A stretch of 64,000 nt of DNA from Ilumatobacteraceae bacterium (GTDB lineage Bacteria > Actinomycetota > Acidimicrobiia > Acidimicrobiales > Ilumatobacteraceae), in the NCBI GenBank assembly GCA_025358075.1, contig JANYKU010000020.1, forward strand, positions 428-64,427, in the 5' to 3' direction. Each line of letters starts with the position of its first letter. The first letter of the stretch is position 1. The notes below the pieces were generated by a model. That model saw nothing but the letters and a program-made list of their open reading frames with translations, searched no databases and was not told where the DNA came from. The position numbers and the translations under genes were made by a program. Shown one piece after another: positions 10,062 to 21,219 of the stretch.

Positions 10062-10526
10062 ATGACCACAACGCTTGCTTTTGCGCTTCGCGCAGCTCTG
10101 CCGACGGATGTCGAGTTTGAGCAATTTCTGTATGCGTCAACCCGCGAAGATCTCCGGCCACTCGGCCCGGAAGTCTTCGATGGGCTGATTGGCATGCAGT
10201 TTCGCGCCCAATCGATGTCGATCAGGCTCGACCATCCCCGTGCAGATCGGAAGATCGTGCTCGTCGACGGCGCGCCGGTGGGCCGGCTCGTCGTCGACGC
10301 TTCCGCTCACCACGTCGAACTCATCGATATCGCCCTGCTGCCGGACTACCGCAACCAGGGAATCGGCACCAGTGTGCTGCGCAGCGTTCTCGCCCAGGCC
10401 GACCGCATCGGTCGAGTCGTAGGACTCCACGTCGAGAAGCAGAGCCGGGCCGTGCACTTGTACGAGCGCTTGGGGTTCGCGATCAGCGGAGACGCCGGCA
10501 TGTACCTGGCGATGTCGCGCCGCTGA
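10062..10526 (+). CDS. GNAT family N-acetyltransferase
   Basis: The start is the ATG at 10062, inside ORF 9984..10526. The acetyl-CoA motif LLPDYRNQGIGTSVL and the string HLYERLGF are present. Confidence 0.8.
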   Translation: MTTTLAFALRAALPTDVEFEQFLYASTREDLRPLGPEVFDGLIGMQFRAQSMSIRLDHPRADRKIVLVDGAPVGRLVVDASAHHVELIDIALLPDYRNQGIGTSVLRSVLAQADRIGRVVGLHVEKQSRAVHLYERLGFAISGDAGMYLAMSRR

Positions 10527-10544
10527 AACCCGGCTGAAACACGG

Positions 10545-12137
10545 TCAGCCGGCCACGATCGGCAGCAAGGTCAACTCGGGTTCGTCGTTCTCCAGGCGCT
10601 GCAGCCGGTAGCGGTTCTCGAACAATGCCACGAGTGCGCCATCGCCGCGGGTGAGGATGCGGATTCCGCCGATGCGGCGCAGCCGCTCGCAGGATTCCTT
10701 GTCGGTGAGGCGGATCGCTTGGTATGGCGCCGAGAGGATCTCGGTCGGCGCACCGAACTCGCTGCCCAGGCGATAGGCGAACACCTCGAACTGCAGCTCG
10801 CCGACCGCGGCAAGGATCGTCTCCGACTCACCGAAGTCGGGATCGCGTAGCACCTGTACGACCCCTTCCTCGTCGAGCTGGGCGAGCCCTTTGCGGAACT
10901 GTTTGAAGCGGCCGTTGTCGAGCGGCCGAGCCTTGGCGAAGACCTCCGGCGAGAACCTCGGGATCGGCGGGTACTCGACGGCCAAGCCCGCGTACCCGGC
11001 GTCGTACAGCGTGTCGCCGAGTTGCACACCGCTGGCGTTGACCAGACCGACGACATCGCCGGGAAACGCTTCATCGACCGTCTCGCGATCGGGGCCGAAG
11101 GCCGTGGTCGCGTACTTGGTGGTGAGGTCGCGGCCGGTGCGCTGGTTGGTGACGCTCATGCCGCGTTCGAACCGGCCCGAGCAGACGCGGGCGAAGGCGA
11201 TGCGGTCGCGGTGCGCCGGATCCATGTTGGCTTGGACCTTGAACACGAAGGCCGAGTACGGGCTGTCGAGCGGTCGGGGGTCGCCAGTTCGATCGAGGCG
11301 CGGCGAGGGTGAGGGTGCCAGATCGATCACGGCGTCGAGCAGCAGTCGCACCCCGAAGTTCGTCAAGGCTGATCCGACGAAGACCGGCGTCGATTGACCG
11401 GCGAGGAACGACGGGAGGTCGACGTCGGCACCGACGGCGTCGAGCAGGGAGCACTCGTCGAGCGCCGTCTTCCAGACCGACGCATGATCGGCGATGCCGG
11501 CCGCGCCGGCCTCGGCGAGATCGTTGGTCTCTTCGACCGCCACCGACGCGCCACGAGCCGTACGAGTGAACTTGGTGAACTGATTCGTTCGTCGATCGAC
11601 CAGTCCGGAGAAGTCTTCGCCGCTGCCGACCGGCCACGTCGCCGGTGTCGGGCGGAGCTGGATCTGCTGTTCGATCTCGTCGAGCAACTCGAAGGGCTCG
11701 CGCCCCGGCCGGTCGTACTTGTTGAGGAAGGTGATCACCGGCAGGTCGCGCGAGCGGCACACCTGGAACAGCTTGAGCGTCTGGGCCTCGATGCCCTTCG
11801 CCGCGTCGAGCACCATCACCACGGCGTCGACCGCCGAGAGCACGCGGTAGGTGTCTTCGGAGAAGTCGCGGTGGCCCGGCGTGTCGAGCAGGTTCATGAT
11901 GTGATCGCGATACGGGAACTGCATCACCGTCGAGCTGATCGAGATGCCGCGCTGCTGTTCGAGCTCCATCCAGTCGCTGCGTGCCGATCGGCGGCCCTCG
12001 CGGGCGTGCACCGAGCCCGCCTCCTGCACTGCGCCGGAGTACAGCAGGAACTTCTCGGTGAGCGTCGTCTTCCCCGCGTCGGGGTGGCTGATGATCGCAA
12101 AGGTGCGACGGCGTTTGGCCTCGGCGATCTCGTTCAT
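10545..12137 (-). CDS. prfC: Peptide chain release factor 3
   Basis: Motifs are RTFAIISHPDAGKTTLTEKFLLYSGA, DWMELEQQRGISI and LLDTPGHRDFSEDTYR. The 530-aa length fits RF3. Confidence 0.95.
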   Translation of the reverse strand: MNEIAEAKRRRTFAIISHPDAGKTTLTEKFLLYSGAVQEAGSVHAREGRRSARSDWMELEQQRGISISSTVMQFPYRDHIMNLLDTPGHRDFSEDTYRVLSAVDAVVMVLDAAKGIEAQTLKLFQVCRSRDLPVITFLNKYDRPGREPFELLDEIEQQIQLRPTPATWPVGSGEDFSGLVDRRTNQFTKFTRTARGASVAVEETNDLAEAGAAGIADHASVWKTALDECSLLDAVGADVDLPSFLAGQSTPVFVGSALTNFGVRLLLDAVIDLAPSPSPRLDRTGDPRPLDSPYSAFVFKVQANMDPAHRDRIAFARVCSGRFERGMSVTNQRTGRDLTTKYATTAFGPDRETVDEAFPGDVVGLVNASGVQLGDTLYDAGYAGLAVEYPPIPRFSPEVFAKARPLDNGRFKQFRKGLAQLDEEGVVQVLRDPDFGESETILAAVGELQFEVFAYRLGSEFGAPTEILSAPYQAIRLTDKESCERLRRIGGIRILTRGDGALVALFENRYRLQRLENDEPELTLLPIVAG

Positions 12138-12162
12138 GGCCGTTCGAGGTTACCGCCAGGTC

Positions 12163-12211
12163 CCTGTGGAGTGTTTGGCGCATACCTGGGTGCGTCGAGA
12201 CACTCCACAGG
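12163..12211. repeat. Palindromic element, copy A
   Basis: The structure is CCTGTGGAGTGT, a 25-nt loop, then ACACTCCACAGG, with perfect 12-bp arms. It lies 2 nt after the regulator stop at 12214 and 25 nt before the prfC ATG. It is homologous to copy B at 15407-15454. Confidence 0.6.
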
Positions 12212-12213
12212 TC

Positions 12214-13035
12214 TCAGGCGATGTAGCGCCATGCGGCAAGACGCGCCGCGCTGTCGTCGCCGGGAACCGGGAGCTGACAAGCCACTCGCAACGTCGGCCA
12301 CTCGCTGGGGGTCAGCTGCTGGTACTCGAAGACCAGTTCGCCGGCGCGCGGATGCGAGTAACGCCGCAGCCGCGTCTGGAACTGGGCGACATCGAGCTGC
12401 GGCCACCACTCGGCGAACTCCGGACTGGTCTCGACGAGACGATCGATCATCTCCACGACCTTGGGATCGCTGCGCAGCGCGGCCGTGCCCGATCGGTATT
12501 CCGCCATGATCCGTCGCGCCTGACCCGCCCAGTCGGTGAGCAGTCGTCGGGCGGTCGGTTCGGCGAAGACGACCCAGAGGAGGTTGCGCTCCTCGTCCGG
12601 CAGCCGATCGATCATCGGGTACAGCAACGACTGCGGCCGGTTCCAGGCCAGGAACTCCCACCGCGGCCCCAGCACGTACGCCGGCGCCGGCTCCATCGAC
12701 GTGATCAGACGCACCAGTGCATCGGGTGCGTGCTCGACGGCTTCGATCGGCTCACGAGGTGCCCGCGCCGCCAACGCCATGAGGTGCTGGCGCTCGGCGT
12801 CGTCGAGGTGCAGTGCGCGCGCCAGAGCGCTGAGTACGTCGACCGAAGCATTGATCGGCCGTCCCTGCTCGAGCCAGGTGTACCAGGTGACCGAGACGCC
12901 GGCGAGCATGGCGATCTCCTCGCGCCGCAAGCCCTTGGTGCGCCGTGACCGGCCTTCCGGCAACCCGACATCGTTCGGTGCGAGCGCGTCGCGACGAGCG
13001 CGCAAGAAAGCAGCGAGCTCGTCACGTCGGGTCAT
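12214..13035 (-). CDS. HTH (XRE-type) transcriptional regulator with MmyB-like C-terminal domain
   Basis: The N-terminus reads ELAAFLRARRDAL...GLRREEIAMLAGVSVTWYTWLEQGR, followed by a C-terminal region of about 170 aa. Confidence 0.8.
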   Translation of the reverse strand: MTRRDELAAFLRARRDALAPNDVGLPEGRSRRTKGLRREEIAMLAGVSVTWYTWLEQGRPINASVDVLSALARALHLDDAERQHLMALAARAPREPIEAVEHAPDALVRLITSMEPAPAYVLGPRWEFLAWNRPQSLLYPMIDRLPDEERNLLWVVFAEPTARRLLTDWAGQARRIMAEYRSGTAALRSDPKVVEMIDRLVETSPEFAEWWPQLDVAQFQTRLRRYSHPRAGELVFEYQQLTPSEWPTLRVACQLPVPGDDSAARLAAWRYIA

Positions 13036-13087
13036 CGGCCTATTCGATCACGCCGTGGGGGGCGGCGAGTAGTGGTGCCGATACCAG

Positions 13088-15352
13088 TCAGCCGCCGTTG
13101 GCTGCCTTCACCCATGGCCGGCACGGCTCGCCACGTAGTGATCCACACGCGGGCGGTGCAGCCTTGGGAACATCGACGCCGGCGACCACCGGCAGCACGA
13201 GCTTCGACGGGTGCTGCGCGTCGTAGGCGATGGTGACGGTCTCGCCCTTGTCGATCGTGTCGAACTGCCACACCGCGCGATTGCCGCCCGGCGCATCGAT
13301 CGTCAATCGCAACCGGCTGCCGGCTCGGAACGGGTGGGCGAACGGGAACAGTTCGACACGTACGGCCGTGAGCTCTCCGGCCGGAAGGTCGGCCGCGTCG
13401 GATTTCAGGTTGGTGTGCGCCGGACGCAAGTCGGTTGCAGTAGCGGCGAGGGCTCGCTGGCTGGCGCGTAACCACCCACTCTGCACGTAGATCTCCGTTC
13501 CGTCGGGTCGCACCTCGCTGATGGTTGCCTCGAGGTCGGTGTCGGTCGACATCGATTTGATCCACAGGTCCAACGAACCCGCGCCGGCGACGACGGTCGT
13601 CGTAGTGAACGGAGCCGTGACGAAACCGACGCCCGTGCCGTCGGGTATCGGTCGCCAGTCGTACTTCACGTCGGCTTTCCAGATGCTGCCGCTGCCCGTG
13701 TAGAACGTCGGTGGCAAGGCTGTTGGATCGGCGGTGTAGCTGGCCTCACCAGGCTTGGCGAGCGCGGGGTCGGCCAGCACACCGCCGCTGTCGAGTTGCC
13801 ACGTCGTCGCGGTTGCCGACGGGATCGGCCACGCCGGGAAGTCGGCGACGAAGTTCGGTTCGGGCGTGCCAGGCGTGTAGGCGTCATTGCCTCCCTGCTC
13901 GAACAGGATCCGCACGGGTGGCTCTGCTTCGAAACTGGCGAGCGCCTGGTCGTAAGGCACACCGGCGAACCTGCTTTCGAATGGCGCGAAGGAGTTGACA
14001 CCCCAGATCGCCGAACCGACCAGCGGTGCGATGGAGTTGAGAGCCGACAGATCTGGCACCTTCTTCGCCACGTAGAAGTCGAGGAACTCTGCGTAGCGAC
14101 CGAGCACGGGCGGGCTCAGCGCCTCGGTGTGCAGGCCGTTCATCAGCGTGACGTACACGTGCGGCGAGCTGGTGAACTTGTCGAGCATCGCCGGGAAGTG
14201 GCCGCCGGTCTGCTCGTCCTGCCACGCACCGGCGATGAAGACCGGCACCTTGATCTTGTTGACGAAGGTGATGGGAGCCAATGTGTCGCCGAGCGTCGGT
14301 GGGTAGTACGGGGTGTCGTGAATCTCCTTCACCAGATCGGGGTTCTGCAGGCGCAGCTTCTGGTTGTCGGCGCAGATCGTGTCGCCTGCGTCAGCGCGTG
14401 CTTTGGTCCACGCCTGGCCGAACGGCTTAGCCTTGTCGACGACCTGCTTGGTCCACTCCACGGCGAAGCCGGTGTTGAGGATGCCACCGGGATACAGCGT
14501 TGCCCGGAAGCTGTCGTCGATCACCGACAGCGGCGTGATCGAGTTGAGGCTCGGTGGTTGCGTGGCGGCAACGAAAAGTTGCGAGATCCCCGGGTACGAG
14601 ATGCCGACCATGCCGACCTGGTGATCGAGCACCCATGGCTGGGCCGCGACGGTCTCGATCACGTCGTACCCGTCGAGGTTCTGCACGTTCTCGAAGAAGC
14701 GGTACGACCCGCCGCTGCAACCGGTGCCGCGCACGTTGACGCCGACGTAGGCGAAACCCATGGCGGTGTACAGCTGGGCGAGGTCGGCACTGCCGGGGTC
14801 GCTCGGCTGGTATCCGCTGTACTCGACCACAGTCGGATAGGGCCCCCGGTCGGCCGGACCCGGCAGCAGCACGTTGGCGCTGAGCGTGGTTCCGTCCCGC
14901 GTCGTGATGTAGCCGAAGCCGCCCTCTGGCAGCTTCGGCTGACTTGCGTAGAAGGCTGCGGGTGGATTGATGGAAGGGTCGGCAACGGCGACGCTGTCGC
15001 TGATCACGATCGCGCTGCTGATGGTGTAGCCGTCGACGGGATCGAGGTTTCGGAACAGCAGCGAGCCCTGTTCGTCGACGGTTCCATGGGCGATGTCCGT
15101 GGAGTTGCGATCGACCGTCAGCGTCTCACCGGGCTTGGCACCGGTCACCGCGATCTGATTCGCGCCGGGTCGCACGGAGAAGGTCGCCTTGGCGAGCGTC
15201 GTCGACGGCGCCGGAACGGTGCCGAGCGCTGTGACCGCTGCCGGGGCCGCGGCCGTGGTCGTCGTCGGAGCATTCGGTGCCGTGTTTGCGGATCCCGAAC
15301 AGGCGGCGATCAGCGTTGTTGCAGCGAGCAGTTGAACGGCTCGCATGCGCAT
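13088..15352 (-). CDS. CocE/NonD family (S15 X-Pro dipeptidyl-peptidase-like) hydrolase, lipoprotein
   Basis: It has the lipobox LIAAC and a Thr/Ala linker. The alpha/beta-hydrolase core reads YPTVVEYSGY...GMVGISYPGISQL, and a C-terminal beta-sandwich is present. Confidence 0.85.
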   Translation of the reverse strand: MRMRAVQLLAATTLIAACSGSANTAPNAPTTTTAAAPAAVTALGTVPAPSTTLAKATFSVRPGANQIAVTGAKPGETLTVDRNSTDIAHGTVDEQGSLLFRNLDPVDGYTISSAIVISDSVAVADPSINPPAAFYASQPKLPEGGFGYITTRDGTTLSANVLLPGPADRGPYPTVVEYSGYQPSDPGSADLAQLYTAMGFAYVGVNVRGTGCSGGSYRFFENVQNLDGYDVIETVAAQPWVLDHQVGMVGISYPGISQLFVAATQPPSLNSITPLSVIDDSFRATLYPGGILNTGFAVEWTKQVVDKAKPFGQAWTKARADAGDTICADNQKLRLQNPDLVKEIHDTPYYPPTLGDTLAPITFVNKIKVPVFIAGAWQDEQTGGHFPAMLDKFTSSPHVYVTLMNGLHTEALSPPVLGRYAEFLDFYVAKKVPDLSALNSIAPLVGSAIWGVNSFAPFESRFAGVPYDQALASFEAEPPVRILFEQGGNDAYTPGTPEPNFVADFPAWPIPSATATTWQLDSGGVLADPALAKPGEASYTADPTALPPTFYTGSGSIWKADVKYDWRPIPDGTGVGFVTAPFTTTTVVAGAGSLDLWIKSMSTDTDLEATISEVRPDGTEIYVQSGWLRASQRALAATATDLRPAHTNLKSDAADLPAGELTAVRVELFPFAHPFRAGSRLRLTIDAPGGNRAVWQFDTIDKGETVTIAYDAQHPSKLVLPVVAGVDVPKAAPPACGSLRGEPCRPWVKAANGG

Positions 15353-15406
15353 CGAACGATTGTTTCAGGTGAGCCAGGCGTCACGTATTCAGCAGAGGCG
15401 AACGCA

Positions 15407-15454
15407 TGTGGAGTGTTTCGGGCGCGCCCGGGGTCCGGCGTCAAAGACTCCACA
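15407..15454. repeat. Palindromic element, copy B
   Basis: The structure is TGTGGAGTGTTT, a 24-nt loop, then AAAGACTCCACA, with 11 of 12 arm positions paired. It lies 55 nt upstream of the hydrolase ATG at 15352. Its loop shares GGCGC and GCGTC blocks with copy A. Confidence 0.6.
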
Positions 15455-15514
15455 CGGCTGGATTCGTGAGCCTCAAGCACGGCTGGCGCCCGCACATCAG
15501 GCAACAATGGGCGG

Positions 15515-16606
15515 GTGCTCTCACTCGATGCCATGCTGTCCGACCTCGAATACCTCGTGACGGTCGAGTCGCCATCGAACGACATCGAGGCGATCAGGCG
15601 ATCTGCAGGCGCCGTGCGCGACGTGATCAAGCGCAGGCTCGGGCACAGCGCAGACCTCATCGACAGCGCCGCCGGCCCTCATGTGCTCGCCCGGTTCGGC
15701 TCCTCGTCGCGAGTGCTGCTGATCGGACATCACGACACGGTCTTCCCGATCGGTGCGCTCGCCTCACGACCGTTCGGCGTCGACGCCGGCCGGGCGACCG
15801 GGCCGGGAGTGTTCGACATGAAGGCGGGCATCGTGCAGGCCATCCACGCGTTGACGTTGCTCGACGACCTCGACGGGGTCGAGATGCTGATCACCGCCGA
15901 CGAAGAGGTTGGTTCGAAGTGCTCACGAAAGCTCATCGAGGAACGGGCCATCGCCTGCGGAGCCGTGTTGGTGCTCGAGCCCAGTGCCGACGGTGGCGCC
16001 CTGAAGACGGGCCGCAAAGGAACTGGAACGTTCGAGGTGATCGTGCACGGGCGCGCCGCGCACGCCGGGTTGGAGCCCGAGAAGGGCATCAACTCGCTCG
16101 TTGCCGCGGCTCAACTGATCACCCGGATCGCCACGTTCGGCGATCCCGCCAAGGGCACCACGGTGACGCCGACGGTGGCCAACGCCGGGACGGCCGACAA
16201 CGTCGTGCCGGCGCTGACGAGACTGCGTGTCGATGCGCGGGTGATGGGCGCCGAGGAGAAGGAGCGCGTCGAGCACCTGATGTCGACGCTCTCGTCCGAC
16301 GTCCCCGGTGCCGGAGTCGAGGTCACCGGAGGGCTCGATCGGCCGCCGATGCCCGAGTCGGCGTCGACCAGTCTCTTCGCCGTGGCGATTTCCGCTGCTG
16401 CCGAAGCCGGTCTCGGACAGCTCACCGGAGTCGCTGTCGGTGGCGGCAGCGACGGCAACTTCACTGCAGCGGTCGGCGTGCCGACGCTCGACGGTCTCGG
16501 CGCAGTTGGTGGAGGTGCCCACGCCGATCACGAGCACGTCTTCGTCGACACCATGATCGATCGCTCGCGACTGGTCGCCGCCATCGTCGCCGACCTGACC
16601 CGCTAG
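15515..16606 (+). CDS. M20 family metallopeptidase (carboxypeptidase G2-like)
   Basis: Motifs are LLIGHHDTVFP, GPGVFDMKAGI and ITADEEVGS. The start is the GTG at 15515, or alternatively the ATG at 15533. Confidence 0.85.
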   Translation: MLSLDAMLSDLEYLVTVESPSNDIEAIRRSAGAVRDVIKRRLGHSADLIDSAAGPHVLARFGSSSRVLLIGHHDTVFPIGALASRPFGVDAGRATGPGVFDMKAGIVQAIHALTLLDDLDGVEMLITADEEVGSKCSRKLIEERAIACGAVLVLEPSADGGALKTGRKGTGTFEVIVHGRAAHAGLEPEKGINSLVAAAQLITRIATFGDPAKGTTVTPTVANAGTADNVVPALTRLRVDARVMGAEEKERVEHLMSTLSSDVPGAGVEVTGGLDRPPMPESASTSLFAVAISAAAEAGLGQLTGVAVGGGSDGNFTAAVGVPTLDGLGAVGGGAHADHEHVFVDTMIDRSRLVAAIVADLTR

Positions 16607-16613
16607 CGCGGTC

Positions 16614-17957
<1,344 letters not shown>

Positions 17958-17991
17958 CTACCGGGCGATACGCAGTGGGTACGCTGCGCCC

Positions 17992-19401
17992 GTGAAGGTG
18001 TTGTTCGCCTCGGCAGAGTTCGGTCGCCTCGCCCGCGTCGGCGGCCTCGCTGCGGCGGCCGCCGGGTTGGTCGCCGAGCTCCGACAGCACGACATCGACG
18101 TGCAGGTCGTCCTCCCCGATTACTCCGCCACGCGCCTGCAGCACGAGTCGGTGCTGGAGCTCGACGTCCCCGAATGGGCGGGGCCGGCACGAGCCCGAAC
18201 GGGCACGGTGAACGGCGTCGGGCCACTGACCCTGATCGATGCACCCGGCATCGAACGGAGCCACCCGTACGTGCAGCCCGACGGCAACGGCTGGCCCGAC
18301 AACGATCGCCGCTTCATGGCGTTCTCGACGGCGATCGCCGCCTTGACGGGCGCGGTCGAGCCCGATGTGCTGCATCTCAACGACTGGCACACGTGCGCGG
18401 CGTTGGGCCACCTGGCCGAGCTCCCGCCGACCATGTTGACGATCCACACGCTCGGCTACCAGGGTCGAACCAACCCCGGTTGGCTGAAGACACTGACCCA
18501 TCACGTCGCCGAATTCGAGCAGTGGGGCGATTGCAATCCGTTGCTCGGCGGGATTCGGCTGGCCGACGTCGTGGTTGCCGTCAGCCCGCACTACGCCGAC
18601 GAGATCACCACGCCGCAGGGTGGCTTCGGCCTCGATGGTCCGCTGCGCGACAAGGGCGATCGCCTGGTCGGCATCCTCAACGGCATCGACACCACCGAGT
18701 GGGATCCCCACAACGATCGCCATCTGGCGGCGCCGTACTCGTCGGCGGATCTCGGGGCCAAGGCGCTGATCCGCAGCGAGCTGTTGGCGCGCTACGGGCT
18801 GACCGATGGTGGCGGACCGTTGCTGACGATGGTCACCAGGCTCGCCGATCAAAAGGGAGTCGACCTCGTGGTACCGCTGGTGCCGTTCCTCCCACGGCTC
18901 GGCGCGGCGTTGATCGTGCTCGGCGATGGCGACCAAGGGCTCGCCGAAGCGTTGGCCGCGGCCGCCGGCGCGAGTCCACGCCACGTCGCCTTCATTCGCG
19001 GCTACGACGAGGCGCTCGCCCATCAACTCTTCGCCGGCGCCGACGTGTTCGTCATGCCGAGTCGTTTCGAACCCTGCGGGTTGGCTCAGATGCAGTCGAT
19101 GCGGTACGGCACCTTGCCGTTGGTGACCGACGTCGGTGGACTGCACGACACGGTGGTCGACATCGACGAATCACCGGCGCGAGGTACCGGCGTGGTGGTG
19201 CCCGATGCGAGCTCGGTGGCACTGATGGATGGGCTGCACCGCATGGTCAAGGCGTACTCGCAGCCGCGTCGGCGAGCGGCGATGCAACGGCGTGGCATGG
19301 CCATCGACTGGTCGTGGCGGCAACCGGCGGCAACCCACATCGAGTGGTACCGGCGGCTGGTCGCCGAGAGATCGACGGTGCGCTCACCCGCGAACGTCTA
19401 A
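17992..19401 (+). CDS. glgA: Glycogen synthase (GT5, ADP-glucose type)
   Basis: The GTG at 17992 lies inside ORF 17536..19401. Motifs are VKVLFASAEFGRLARVGGLAAAAAGL, LHLNDWH and MPSRFEPCGLAQMQSMRYGTLP. Confidence 0.9.
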   Translation: MKVLFASAEFGRLARVGGLAAAAAGLVAELRQHDIDVQVVLPDYSATRLQHESVLELDVPEWAGPARARTGTVNGVGPLTLIDAPGIERSHPYVQPDGNGWPDNDRRFMAFSTAIAALTGAVEPDVLHLNDWHTCAALGHLAELPPTMLTIHTLGYQGRTNPGWLKTLTHHVAEFEQWGDCNPLLGGIRLADVVVAVSPHYADEITTPQGGFGLDGPLRDKGDRLVGILNGIDTTEWDPHNDRHLAAPYSSADLGAKALIRSELLARYGLTDGGGPLLTMVTRLADQKGVDLVVPLVPFLPRLGAALIVLGDGDQGLAEALAAAAGASPRHVAFIRGYDEALAHQLFAGADVFVMPSRFEPCGLAQMQSMRYGTLPLVTDVGGLHDTVVDIDESPARGTGVVVPDASSVALMDGLHRMVKAYSQPRRRAAMQRRGMAIDWSWRQPAATHIEWYRRLVAERSTVRSPANV

Positions 19402-19412
19402 CGTGCCGAACT

Positions 19413-20639
19413 ATGGCTGCGCCGAAGGTTCTCGTCGTCGTTCTCGCGGGCGGTGAGGGCAGGCGATTGGCCCCCTTGACCGCCGACCGCGCCAAGCCCG
19501 CTGTCCCCTACGGGGGGAGCTACCGCATCATCGACTTCGTCCTGTCGAACTTCGCCAACGCCGGCTACCTGAAGATCGTCGTGCTCACTCAGTACAAGAG
19601 TCACAGCCTCGACCGGCACATCAGCCAGACATGGCGGTTCTCCACCCTGCTCGGCAACTACGTGACCCCGGTACCGGCGCAGATGCGTCGCGGACCCCAA
19701 TGGTTCAGCGGCTCGGCCGATGCGATCTACCAGAACCTCAACCTGATCAGCGACGAGCGTCCCGACATCGTCTGTGTGTTCGGCGCCGATCACATCTACC
19801 ACATGGACCCGCGCCAGATGGTCGAGCACCATCGCGAGGTCGGCGCCGGTGTGACGGTCGCGGCGATTCCCGTTGCTGCGTCGGAGGCTTCGCAGTTCGG
19901 CATCATCGAGGCTTCTGCCAGCGGCAAGATCATCGAGTTCCACGAGAAGCCCGCCCAGCCGCCCACCATGCCTGGCGATCCCACGCGGGCGCTGGCGTCG
20001 ATGGGCAACTACGTGTTCGACACACAGACCCTGATCGACGTCGTGAGCCCCTCGGGCGACGATGCGATTGCGACCGACATCGGCGGCGATGTCATCCCGG
20101 CCCTCACCCGTGCCGGCGTCGCCCACATGTACGACTTCTCCACCAACATGATCCCGGGCCAGGCCGACCACGAGCGCGGCTACTGGCGCGACGTCGGCAG
20201 CCTCGACGCCTACTACGAGGCCAACATGGACCTCATCGCCCCGGTGCCACCGTTCAGCCTCTACAACGACAAGTGGTCGGTCTATAGCCTGCAACTGCCG
20301 CTGCCGCCCGCAAAGATCGATCATGGTCCCGGCGGCGAGCAACCGACCATCAACAACAGCTTGCTCTGTGCCGGCTCGATCGTCTCGGGTGGGGTCGTCG
20401 AGCACTCGATCCTCGGACCGGAGACCTACGTCGATGCTTCGGCGGTGGTGACCGAGTCGATCCTCTTCGCCGGCGTGCGCGTCGGTCCCGGTGCCAGAGT
20501 TCACCGATGCGTGATCGACAAGAACGTCATCATCCCGGCGGGTCGGTCAATCGGTCACGATCCCGAGGCCGACCGCGAAGAGTTCGTGATCAGCGATCGC
20601 GGTGTGGTGGTCGTCGAGAAGGACCGTCGCCTGAGCTGA
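19413..20639 (+). CDS. glgC: Glucose-1-phosphate adenylyltransferase
   Basis: The ATG at 19413 lies inside ORF 17220..20639. Motifs are LAGGEGRRLAPLTADRAKPAVPYGGSYRIIDFVLSN and QYKSHSLDRH. A C-terminal left-handed beta-helix region is present. Confidence 0.95.
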   Translation: MAAPKVLVVVLAGGEGRRLAPLTADRAKPAVPYGGSYRIIDFVLSNFANAGYLKIVVLTQYKSHSLDRHISQTWRFSTLLGNYVTPVPAQMRRGPQWFSGSADAIYQNLNLISDERPDIVCVFGADHIYHMDPRQMVEHHREVGAGVTVAAIPVAASEASQFGIIEASASGKIIEFHEKPAQPPTMPGDPTRALASMGNYVFDTQTLIDVVSPSGDDAIATDIGGDVIPALTRAGVAHMYDFSTNMIPGQADHERGYWRDVGSLDAYYEANMDLIAPVPPFSLYNDKWSVYSLQLPLPPAKIDHGPGGEQPTINNSLLCAGSIVSGGVVEHSILGPETYVDASAVVTESILFAGVRVGPGARVHRCVIDKNVIIPAGRSIGHDPEADREEFVISDRGVVVVEKDRRLS

Positions 20640-20641
20640 GC

Positions 20642-21196
20642 TCAGCTGCTGGGCGCAGGCGCAACGCCCCGGCGGTACATGCCAACCAGCGACGCCGCGC
20701 TGATGCACAGTGCCGCGCCGCCGAGCACGAGCTCGACCACGGCGATCCAGCGCACCCTGCCCAGGTCGCCGGCGCCGATCGCTGCACCGGAGATCGCCAC
20801 GGCGATTCCGAGGTACGGCGAGTACCTCCAATTGGAGATCGCCGCCACCGTCACCAGGATCGGACCGTAGAACGGCAGCAGTTGGAGCACGATCACACGC
20901 GGTTGAGCTTCGGCACCGAGCCACCACGTCGACAACCCGATCACGCGCGATGTCTCCCACACAGCAGCGTTGCAGGCGATGATCGCGGCCCAACCCAACC
21001 CGAAGAGCAGACGCCACGTTGGGCTGAGTTGGCCGACGAGCTTGGCAGGTATCACCCACGGTTCGACGGCGTCGTCGTTGCCGGCGAGCGGTGGTGGCGG
21101 TGGCGGCAGCGCAGGCGGAGCGAGCACTGCTGAAGAGAGCGGAGGCGATGCCGGTTCGGGGTCTGAACGTGCACCTGGGTCCATCGCTGGCACCAT
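20642..21196 (-). CDS. Hypothetical integral membrane protein (about 4 TM segments, Pro-rich N-terminus)
   Basis: It has hydrophobic segments such as LLFGLGWAAIIACNAAVW, ILVTVAAISNW, LGIAVAISGAAIGAG and IAVVELVLGGAALCISAASLV. I recognise no family. Confidence 0.5.
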   Translation of the reverse strand: MVPAMDPGARSDPEPASPPLSSAVLAPPALPPPPPPLAGNDDAVEPWVIPAKLVGQLSPTWRLLFGLGWAAIIACNAAVWETSRVIGLSTWWLGAEAQPRVIVLQLLPFYGPILVTVAAISNWRYSPYLGIAVAISGAAIGAGDLGRVRWIAVVELVLGGAALCISAASLVGMYRRGVAPAPSS

Positions 21197-21219
21197 ACCT
21201 GGCGACAGGTGTGCTCGGT

